This document shows, piece by piece, positions 54,352 to 64,000 of a stretch of 64,000 nt of DNA. The translations under genes were made by a program, and so were the position numbers. The DNA is from Octopus sinensis (lineage: Eukaryota). Location: positions 157,294,001 through 157,358,000 of the forward strand of contig NC_042999.1 in NCBI RefSeq assembly GCF_006345805.1, read 5' to 3'. Each line of letters begins with the position of its first letter. Positions within the stretch are counted from its first letter, which is position 1. The notes under the pieces were generated by a model that was given only the letters and a program-made list of their open reading frames with translations, had not been told where the DNA came from and ran no database searches.

Positions 54352-55395
54352 TAGGCGAGCTGGCAGAAATGTTAGCACGCTGGGCGAAATGCGTAGCCGT
54401 ATTTCGCCTGCAGTTACGTTCTGAGTTCAAATTCTGCCAAGGTCGACTTTGCCTTTCATCCTTTCGGGGTCAATAAATAAAGTACCAGTTTTGCACTGGG
54501 GTCAATGTAATCGACTTAATCCATTTGTCTGTCCTCTATGTTTAGCCCCTTGTGGGTAGTAAAGAAATAATAATAATAATTATTATTATTATTATTATTA
54601 TTATTACTCATTTCACTGTTTTCTATGCGTTAGGTTAGTATTTTAATTTTGGATATTTGCACTTACTATGTTGGTCCTTTTAGCATTTTTGTTTCCCTGT
54701 TCATATGCTTGGATGGTGTTTACAAAAGTTAATTTCCCTTGGCTCGTTTTCCTTTTCATCTTTATTTATGTCAACTCCTCTTGTTTCATTACTATTAGGT
54801 AATATATTTATGGTTAGTTGGAGTGGGGGGGCGCTAGGAATGTGGCCTGGATATCAAGGAGGTGGCAGCCTGATAAAGTTTGGGAACCACTGGCCTATAT
54901 CATTGATTCTGTTATTATCGTTTTTAATTGTTGCTCTAGATAATAATAGAGTCAATAATATCTTCGCAAATATTTTTTCCTTTACTCTCTCTTTTACTCT
55001 TTTACTTGTTTCAGTCATTTGACTGTGGCCATGCTGGAGCACTGCCTTTAGTCGAGCAAATCGACCCCGGGACTTATTCTTTGTAAGCCCAGTACTTATT
55101 CTATCGGTCTCTTTTGCCAAACCGCTAAGTGACGGGGATGTAAACATACCAGCATCGGTTGTCAAGCAATGCTAGGGGGACAAACACAGACACACAAACA
55201 TATACACACACACACACTTATATACATATATACGACAGGCTTCTTTCAGTTTCCATCTACCAAATCCACTCACAAGGCATTGGTCAGCCCGGGGCTATAG
55301 CAGAAGACACTTGCCCAAGATGCCACGCAGTGGGACTGAACCCGGAACCATGTGGTTGGTTAGCAAGCTACTTACCACACAGCCACTCCTGCGCC
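54352..55395. mobile_element. S1 SINE (54352-54570, +) and S2 SINE (54980-55395, -)
   Basis: Match to the other copies in the window. Confidence 0.8.
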
Positions 55396-55734
55396 TATGA
55401 ATTTTTTTGTTGCGTATTAAAATTATTTTCATACTGACACAAAACCAATCAGGTGAATCGCAGACTTCAACGTGATAGGTCGTGGCTTTCCATCATGAAA
55501 ATGCGTGCTGAGGGAGAGGAGGCTATAATGCCAGTCCAGAAACTGGCCCACATGAGTCCAACTATTTGAATGTATGTTGAGAGATTGTTCTAACCCATCT
55601 TCTTGCAAACGGTTGATTATTGTAATTTATCATCGGTTTTTTTTGTTTTTTTTTGGGGGGGGGATTTAAATAAGAGTTTTGACTGTTATTTCTGGCAGGG
55701 AGACATACTTAGTATGTCCTTTGATTAATTTTAA

Positions 55735-56030
55735 TACGTGTGTGTGTGTGTGTGTGTGTGTCTGTGTGTCTGAGTGTGTGTGTGTCTGTGTGTGTGTCTG
55801 TGTGTGTGCGTGCGTGTGTGTGCGTGCGTGTGTGTGCGTGCGTGTGTGTGTGTCTGTGTGTGTATGTTTGTCTGTGTGTATGTGTGTCTGTGTGTGTGTC
55901 TGTCTGTGTCTGTGTGTCTGAGTGTGTGTGTGCCTGTGTGTGTGTGTCTATGTCTGTGTGCCTGTGTGTGTGTGTGTATGTGTGCGTGTGTGTGTATGTG
56001 TCTGTGTGTGTGTGTGTGCATATATATATA
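55735..56030. repeat. Compound (TG)n/(TGTC)n microsatellite
   Basis: Direct inspection. Confidence 0.95.
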
Positions 56031-56034
56031 TATG

Positions 56035-56520
56035 TGTCCTCCTCAATGGGCTTCTCAATAGGACACTTTCAGGACCAATTTCAGTGGAAAGCAGTGTCAA
56101 ACAGGGTGACATAATAGCACCTGCTCTGTTCTCACCTGCATTTAGATTCAATATTCATATGAAGAAGTCAGGGAAGCACAAGTGGAGCTTGACATTTTCA
56201 TGGGAGGTAAAAGACACGAAGCAGTGGACAACATTATGTTATCTTGGAAGTACACTTAATAGAGTTGGTACCCTTGATGCCAAAATAAACCCCACAGCTG
56301 CAAAAGTTGGTGTTGTTTTGGGGAAACTCAAAAACTGATCCTGTGTTCTTACATTCTTGGTATTTGAGTATGAAACATAGACAACCTACAAGCATCATAT
56401 CAAGCAACTGGAGAAGTTTCATCAACATTATACCTGACACACATTGTACATCAGGCAGCACTAGTACTGAAAAAAGAAGAATTTTGAACCAGATCTGTTG
56501 GGCTGAGTGAATGAATGGGG
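56035..56520 (+). mobile_element. Degraded BovB-like RT fragment
   Basis: VKQGDIIAPALFS and CYLGSTL remnants. Confidence 0.6.
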
Positions 56521-56811
56521 ATGACCTTTTTTGAGTCAATTAATTAGGAATGAAAGATATATTTCTTTACTACCCACAAAGGACTAAACACAGAGGGGAC
56601 AAACAAGGACAGACAAAGGGATTAAGTCGATTTCATCGACCCCAGTGCGTAACTTGTACTTAATTTATCGACCCCAAAAGGATGAAAGGCAAAGTCGACC
56701 TTGGCAGAATTTGAACTCGGAACGTATCGACAGCCGAAAAACGGCTACGCATTTCGCCCGGCGTGCTAACGGTTCTGCCAGAAAACTCTGCTCTTTAACA
56801 GAGATACTTAC

Positions 56812-56870
56812 CAGCAAGTCCATATGATGTTGAATTAGCAAGAGCGACTGCTTCATCTTCTGTTTCAAAT
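56812..56870 (-). CDS. ALDH5A1: Succinate-semialdehyde dehydrogenase exon
   Basis: ataattgcag acceptor and gtaagt donor, 59 bp, phase 2 to 1. Translates (K)FETEDEAVALANSTSYGLA(G). Confidence 0.93.
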
Positions 56871-57179
56871 CTGCAATTATCAAAATATGAAAATATTTTT
56901 CTTATTGTTTTCTCATTTTTTAGACCTTTATTTACACAACCTCATTTTATTTAAGTCAGTTACCTGGACCAGGAGTTCACAGCCTTCTGCCAGAAAGATA
57001 CTTAATTCTAAATGCTCTATTCACCTTGTTAATTTTCCAAACCTTTTGATTAACTATGATAAAGCAGAACATGTGACTTTTGCTTTCTATAGAATCCAGA
57101 GACATACCATTTTGAGCTCTGAGAATTCAAAAAGTTTGGTTTTTGAAATAAATTTTGAAACTTTGTTTAAATCATTTCA

Positions 57180-57327
57180 TGTACCCTTCCCCCCCACTCC
57201 TAACCCTAACTAACCCTAACCCTAAAACAGATTGAAATGCAATAGATCGATACTAGGGTCATAATTATGGGTGACAATTTCATATGACACCGCTAGAAAA
57301 AACTGCCGTTCAAACCGAGAAGATCCC
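57180..57327 (-). mobile_element. Partial third copy of the TTAGGG MITE
   Basis: CCTAACCCTAAC...AAAACTGCCGTTCAAACCGAAGATCC. Confidence 0.8.
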
Positions 57328-57889
57328 AGAAAAATAGCTGTCATACAACAAGGAGGTTTGTATTGCCCACCTCTGCAGTAGCCACTTCCAAAATCTGCTC
57401 AAATTAGCAGTTAATTTTCTCTCAAATCACACACCATGGCCTTAAACAAGGAAGGACACATTAAATGATGTATTCCTAGCCTTTGGTCATAGGCTTGTTT
57501 GATCATGGTTGACCTAGGGCTAAACAATAACAGCAGGCTTACAAATAAAGACAGGACATTGAAGAAAATAGATCTCAATACTAATACTCTTCACTGTATT
57601 CTCTTAAGCATTACATTTTTGAACATGCAGTGTAGTCTTTAGCTTTGCAGAAACCTGATATATTTATATATATATAGGGAGAGTTTACAAAAAAAACAAA
57701 AGACGAAGACAGGTGGTGTACAAAACAAACAGATGTATTAGTATAACACTCAGGAATAGAAAAAGTCATTTACGTTTCGAGCCTACACTCTTCTACAGAA
57801 AGGGACACAGAAAGAAAGAAGGACAGAAAAAAGGAGAGAAAAAAAGGAGAGATAAAAAAGGAGAGAAAAAATATATATATATATATACA

Positions 57890-58885
57890 TATTGGGCAAG
57901 TGTCTTCTGCTATAGCCCCGGGCAGACCAATGCCTTGTGAGTGGATTTGGTAGACGGAAACTGAAAGAAGCCTGTCGTATATATGTATATATACATGTGT
58001 GTATGTGTGTGTGTTTGTGTGTCTGTGTTTGTCTCCCTAGCATTGCTTGACAACCGATGCTGGTGTGTTTACGTCCCCGTCACTTAGCAGTTCGGCAAAA
58101 GAGACCGAAAGAATAAGTACTGGTCTTACAAAGAATAAGTCCCGGGGTCGAATTGCTCGACTAAAGGTGGTGCTCCAGCATGGCCGCAGTCAAATGACTG
58201 AAACAAGTAAAAGAGTAAAAGAGTAAAGAGTATATATATTTATATATATATATATATTTATATATGGCATCATAAAAGTACGAATCATATTCAGCTGTAT
58301 ATGTAATGTACCAAAGACCTGCTAAATTATGGCTAACCTGGTGTGACACAACAGCAACCAACTTTTCTGCAGAGTTATATCAATAAAACAGAAAGGAGAT
58401 GCTGGTTAGGAAATGTGTCAAATTTGTAAATGACATTGAAGAGAATTTTTCCTTTACAATTCTACTGGCTTGAAACCACATTGAAACAAAAATGGATGGA
58501 CAAATACATACATGGACAGACGGGTTGGTATAAATAGATAGATTAGATAGATCCATGGTTCTCAACCAAGCTCCTTATATGGTTCTTAGAAATCCATATA
58601 AAGATTTTGTTGTTAAAGTTTATCTGCAATGAATTGGTTATACAACGCACAAAATATTTTAACAAATTTGTTAATACAATTCCTAATAATTTTTAATTAT
58701 AAAAATAGGCATAGGAGTGGCTGTGTGGTAAGTAGCTTGCTTACGAACCACATGGTTCCGGGTTCAGTCCCACTGCATGGCACCTTGGGCAAGTGTCTTC
58801 TACTATAGCCTCGGGCCGACCAAAGCCTTAGGAGTGGATATTTGGTAGACGGAAACTGAAAGAAGCCCGTCGTATATATGTGTGC

Positions 58886-58923
<38 letters not shown>

Positions 58924-59975
58924 TTGTGTGTCTGTGTTTGTCTCACCAACATCGCTTGACAACCGATGCTGGTGTGTTTACGTCCCCGTAACTTAGCAGT
59001 TCGGCAAAAGAGACCGATAGAATAAGTACTAGGCTTACAAAGAATAAGTCCTGGGATCAATTTGCTCGACTAGAGGCGATGCTCCAGCATGGCCACAGTC
59101 AAATGACTGAAACAAGTAAAAGAGTAAAATATACCATGATTTTTTAAACAACAAATGGCTAGGAGGGTCCACCTGAGTAAAACAGGAATCAAAAGGGTCC
59201 ACAGGTAAAAAGTGATTGAGAAACACAGAGTTAGATGGATAGATTAGTTGGACAGGTAGATAGATAGATGGTTAAGAAGAACAGACAGATGGTAGTAAAT
59301 TATTCAACTTACTTGATTACAGGTGCCAATGGTCCAAAAATCTCTTCATTGGCGCAACGCATGTCAGTTGTTACATCAGATAGTAGGGTGGGTTGAAAAA
59401 AATTTTCCCCAATTGGGAGTTTTTCACCTCCAAAGACCTTTCTGGCACCTTTTGACAAGGCATCTTGGACAAGAGAGTCAACCTGATTTACAAAGAAATT
59501 AAATCAATATTTAAAGATGCATCAACTGTAAAACAACAACAAATCCATAAAATATAATTTCAGAATATACTCTTTTACTTGTTTCAGTCATTTGACTGCG
59601 GCCATGCTGGAGCAGCGCCTTTAGTTGAGCAAATCGACCCCAGGACTTATTCTTTGTAAGCCTAGTACATATTCTATTGGTCTCCTTTGCCAAACCGCTA
59701 AGTTACGGGGACATAAACACACCAGCATCAGTTGTCAAGTGATGTTGGGGAGGGACAAACACAGACACACAAACATATACACACACATACACACATATAT
59801 ATATATATATATACGACGGGCTTTTTTCAGTTTCCGTCTACCAATCCACTCACAAGGCATTGGTCAGCCTGAGGCTATAGTAGAAGACACTTGCCCAAGG
59901 TGCTATGCAGTGGGACTGAACCCAGAACCATGTGGTTCGTAAGCAAGCTACTTACCACACAGTCACTCCTATGCC
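57890..59975. mobile_element. Three S2 SINEs (57890-58225 +, 58707-59130 +, 59568-59975 -) around an SSADH exon; the middle one probably sits in a hAT MITE (about 58553-59228)
   Basis: Family match. Degenerate Charlie-type TIRs CCATGGTTCTCAACC / GATTGAGAAACACAG. Confidence 0.75.
59313..59482 (-). CDS. ALDH5A1: Succinate-semialdehyde dehydrogenase exon
   Basis: gtaaatcag acceptor and gtaagt donor, 170 bp, phase 0 to 2. Translates [56 protein letters not shown](K), with the ALDH EEIFGP motif. Confidence 0.96.
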
Positions 59976-60044
59976 TATATATGTTAACTATATTGTCAAT
60001 ACTAACAAAAGCATGCAGTATTGCACAATTCACATTTCACACAG

Positions 60045-60785
60045 CTTATGAGTGGGTGCCGAAAAGTTCTAGGCTTTAAGGGCATCATGAAAGGGTAGAG
60101 TTGTTACAATTACAAGGGAGGTAGGACAGCTATTTAGAAGATCTTCAAAAATCATGATAGTATATAATATATCTTTCTCTTTTTTGCAGATTTAACACAT
60201 GATGGAAGCTCCTTCAGTGGATTTTGGTAAAACTGAAGCACAGAAGTCATGAAGTTCCTCTTTTTGCATGGCAAACAGGCAGTGAAAATCCATGGTGAGA
60301 TTACGGAATCTAGAAGGATGGATGCCCATCTTATTCCATAGTGAAAATCTGGGTATCAAGGCTTCAGACTGGTCATTTTGAGGTCACAGATGAACCCCAA
60401 TCAGGACAGCCAACTTCCACAACCACTGAGGACAAAGCCAATGCTGTGACATCATGATTCTTGAGGATCACTGGATTTCAGCTAAAGTCACAGCTGAGAC
60501 CCTAGGGATTTCCTGCAAAAGAGCTGACCAAATTAAACACAACATTCTGGACATGAGAAAGCTTTCCACAAAATGGATGTTGAAATGCCTGAACATATCT
60601 CAGCAGTGCAATAGAGTGATGACACCAGTGGTTATTTTGAACTGGTTTGCAGTGGAAGAGGCTGACTTTATGGCTTGTTTAGTCACTACAAATGAAACTT
60701 GGCTCCATCTTTATGATCCCCACACCAAGTAGCAATCAATAGAGTGTCACCACAGTGGTTCACTGTGTCCCAAGAAATTTCAGGC
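60045..60785 (+). mobile_element. Mariner relic
   Basis: ETLGIS, MRKLSTKWM and LVTTNETWLHLYDP motifs. A probable continuation lies at about 61575-61660. Confidence 0.8.
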
Positions 60786-60789
60786 CCAG

Positions 60790-61205
60790 AAGTTAGCCGG
60801 TAAAAAGGTTCATTATTTACATTATTTACATTTACAGTGCAAAGAGAGGGATTGCTCAGTGCCTAAAACATCGAGCATTGAATATAAGTAGTGATCGTGA
60901 TACCCACCACGAAGAAATGATCAAGCTCAGTAACAATCTATGAAGCAACAACTACCCCAAAAGCATACTTTCCTCTCCAATTATGAACAAAAGAAAGGCT
61001 GAAACCAATAAACTGTCCACAGTCTGTCAACCCTATGTGAAAGACCTCTCAAGTAAAACCACCAATAGAAGAGAATATAACCAGGAACTGCATGTACTCC
61101 ATCCCATGCAGCTGTGGTAGGTTATACAAAGGCGAAACATGCTGCCCCTCAAAATAAGGGTAGAGGAACATCGCAAAGCTGTGACAAGAGGAGATATTGA
61201 TAAAT
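60790..61205 (+). mobile_element. Penelope-like element C-terminal fragment with a GIY-YIG endonuclease
   Basis: RGIAQCLKHRA...NNYPK...CQPYVKDLS and RNCMYSIPCSCGRLYKGET...RVEEH. Confidence 0.75.
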
Positions 61206-61545
61206 ATAGTCTATTGGTAGCTGGGCGTGGGGTTTGAGGGCAGAGGGCAGTAGAAGGAGGTGTCTTGAAGTTGGTGGAGAGCTTCGGTCTTGTAGAGGTC
61301 CGCGTGCCACACCACCATCGCTCCACCCTTGTCGGCCGGTTTTAAGATGATGTCAGCGCGGTGACGGAGACATTGAAGGGCCAAGAGTTCGGCTGGGGAG
61401 ATGTTTAGATGACGGGGACACCTGGAAAAGTTAAACTGGTCCAAAGCGTGCTGGCAGGTGCCCGCAAAAAGATTGACTATTTGGAACTCGCCAGGAGCTG
61501 GCGTCCACTGGGATGGTCGGCGGCCCAGGTCGGTGAAGCAGTCCT
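61206..61545 (-). mobile_element. Penelope-like RT N-terminal fragment
   Basis: NISPAELLALQCLRHRADIILKPADKGGAMVVW...EALHQLQD..FY.PLPSNPT. Confidence 0.85.
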
Positions 61546-62477
61546 CATTAGATGCAGGTGGAGTATCGCAAAAAAGTGAACAACATTGGGAAACGATGAA
61601 ATTAATCACAATATATTTCGACAACACAGGAATTTTATTCATCAAAGTAAGTACCATTAAAATCAACACATTTTTGTCAATGAGTTACAAGTTTGTTTAC
61701 TCCAGTAAGATTAAGATCTGAAGTTCTGGAGCTGATGAACTCTTTGAATGCACTTTCAGAATCAGTTTGGTTTTTGAAGTCCATCTCTCACAGGTACATA
61801 TGTGCTTTTGACGGTTTTATAGATATTTCAAAATTATGATGCTATGATGCTAGGTGTTTCAATTATTTTGTCCAACCCCTGTATGTATATATATATATAT
61901 ATATATATATGGATATAGGACATCACCAACTGTATACACAACATGAAATACAAAAACAAACAAGTTAAATATGCAAACAACGAGAGAAAAAAGGAAAACA
62001 GGACAAGTAAGCATAGAGAACAATCCTTCATCAGTTGTCGGCTATCTACATTCAACGACAATATGGATCTTCAAAGACAGTTGCTCCCATAAGTTCTGAA
62101 ATAAAATTTAGGATTTATGGAGGGTCAAATTTGGGAACCAAAACAGGACAGTGGAAGCATAAAAAAGAAACCAAATGAAAACAAACATGGAGGGTTGTTA
62201 AACCAGAATGAGAGGAAAATAGTGAACGGTGGGAGGAATATTTTCTTTGAAAAGAGAAAAAATAGAAGAGAGAGAAAGAAAACGTCCAGTTCTTTGAACG
62301 TCTGTGCAGGAAGGTTTGGAACAAGAGTCTGATGCTTCTAGAAGGGAAAAGAAATGTGACATGATGCCACAACATAAAATAAAAATAAGCCATTCAACTA
62401 TAAAATGATTATAGTACTTATGTTTATAAAAGGAGAGAGGAAAAGAAAAGATAGAAGAAATGACAAAAAAATCTTAC

Positions 62478-62636
62478 CTTGTCGACAGCAGCTGAATTTA
62501 TAAGAGGACCCATAGTTATTCCAGGCTTCAAGCCATCACCCACCTTCAAATTAGTTTCAATCGCTTTAGCAAAAGACCTGACAAATTCATCATGAATTCC
62601 ACTTTGGACAAGAAAACGATTTGCACACACACATGT
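62478..62636 (-). CDS. ALDH5A1: Succinate-semialdehyde dehydrogenase exon containing the catalytic Cys (TCVC)
   Basis: ttttcaaccag acceptor and gtaaga donor, 159 bp, phase 0 to 0. Translates [53 protein letters not shown]. Confidence 0.97.
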
Positions 62637-63009
62637 CTGGTTGAAAATAAAAATGCAATGCAAGATTTTCACAAATGTATACAAAACTTTAAACTTTCTA
62701 AATTTATTCAATATAAGTTGAATGGGTAATTAATATCGTTTTCTTAAATTGTATAACAGTGATCACTAGTATTTATGGCAACATACCTGTCTAAATGCTA
62801 ACCAACTTGATTGTGAAGCGGGAATAGTATCCCAAACAAATTAGATAAGCAATGTAACATGTCTTTCCACTAAATATAATTTGATGCTTATTGTACAATT
62901 TTAGAAATCATCCAATGCCTAAAACATTAAAATATTCTTCACACAATAATAATACTAAATCTTACTTATTCTGGTAGACTGACAAATATAATATAGCACC
63001 TTACAGAAT

Positions 63010-64000
63010 TAAATTTCTAGTTTCCACTTCCTAGGTGACCAGGTCTGTAATGGGGGTGGATGGTCAGAGAGTGTTACCACTAGAATAAGAATAGCCTGGG
63101 CAAAGTTCAGAAAGCTTCTATCCCTACTAATGACAAAGGGCCTCTTGCTCAGAGTGAAAGGTAGATTGTACGATGCACATGTGTGAACTGCCATGCTTCA
63201 CGGCAGTGAAACATGGGCTGTGACTACTGAGGACATGCATAGGCTCAAAGAAATGAAGCTAGCATGATTCGCTGGATGTGTAATGTCAGTGTCCATGCAC
63301 AACAGAGTGTAAGAACCCTGAAGAAAATGTTGGACATAAGAAGCATCAGATGTGGTGTGCAAGAGAGACGTTTGCACTAGTATGGTCATGTACTATGGAT
63401 GGATGAGGAGAGATGTGCGAAGAAGTGCCACTCCCAAACAGTTGAAGGAATCCAGGGTAGAGGTAGACCCAGAAAGACATGGAATGAGGTGGCCAAGCAT
63501 GACCTTTGAACATTGGGCCTCACAGAGGCAATGACGAAAGACTGAGACCTCTGGAGATATGCTGTGACTGTGAAGACCCAGGAAATAAAGTGAGTTCACA
63601 GCTAAAACTTGCACTAGTGTCGCATAACCAGCCCCAGCTCATTCAAAAGTACCTTGGATCGTAGGGTGACCTGCTGTGCTTGAGGAGATCTATTGAGTCA
63701 AGTACATCAAAATCAAAATCAAATGGAAATTGTAGTTGTGATTTCCATACCGGTGGCATGTAAAAGGCACCATCCGAATGTGGTTGATGCCAGTGCCACC
63801 TTGACCGGCTTCCATGCCGGTGGCATGTAAAAAGCACCAACCAATCATGGTCATTGCCAGCCTCCTCTGGCCCCTATGCAGGTGGCATGTAAAAAGCACC
63901 CATTACACTCTTGGAGTGGTTGGAGTTAGGAAGGGCATCCAGCTGTAGAAACTGCCAGATCAAACTGGAGCCTGGTGCAGCCTCCTGGCTTCCCAGACCC
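63010..64000 (+). mobile_element. Degraded 3' fragment of the same RTE family as 48.6-52.1 kb (runs off the window)
   Basis: RIAWAKFRKLL, AMLHGSETWA and GRGRPRKTW remnants, followed by an un-amplified 3' UTR. Confidence 0.85.

Noticed and set aside
62015-62060. Minus-strand CUGAUGA in a Penelope-like terminal region
   Set aside because: No stem II-GAAA-stem III arrangement can be built from the sequence present.

Overview
Eukaryotic, AT-rich, microsatellite- and retroelement-dense genomic DNA, most likely a coleoid cephalopod (Octopus-type SINEs, RTE LINEs, (TA)n/(CA)n/(TAA)n tracts; the species call is inference). Two spliced host genes are supportable, both on the minus strand and both missed or only glimpsed by the ORF track. 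(1) An astacin (M12A) zinc metalloprotease: exons 18832-18847 (16-nt microexon), 12542-12585, 9635-9710, 6685-6811 and 2656-2831 join in phase to give FEGDI...R/NAV...HELLHALGFFHEQSRPDRD. The signal-peptide exon was not located and the Met-turn exon lies off the left edge. (2) The last four coding exons of succinate-semialdehyde dehydrogenase (ALDH5A1-like): 62478-62636, 59313-59482, 56812-56870 and 44885-45090 including the stop codon. The rest is a layered TE landscape: several SINE families; RTE, BovB-like, CR1, R4/Dong-like and CRE-like LINEs; Penelope-like elements; mariner relics; hAT, piggyBac and Tc1-type MITEs; Helitron-like elements; a probable solo LTR. The most unusual signals are: a twister-ribozyme core in an RTE 5'-UTR relic (about 24.2-24.3 kb), a PHD-type C4HC3 finger inside the RT of a young RTE (49.3-49.5 kb), hierarchical tandem amplification of that RTE's 3' UTR (50.1-52.0 kb), a hammerhead-like motif with a non-canonical core (57.77 kb), and a 240-bp-arm inverted duplication inside an astacin intron. 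All coordinates were read by eye. Exon boundaries were checked by phase and length; TE boundaries are approximate.
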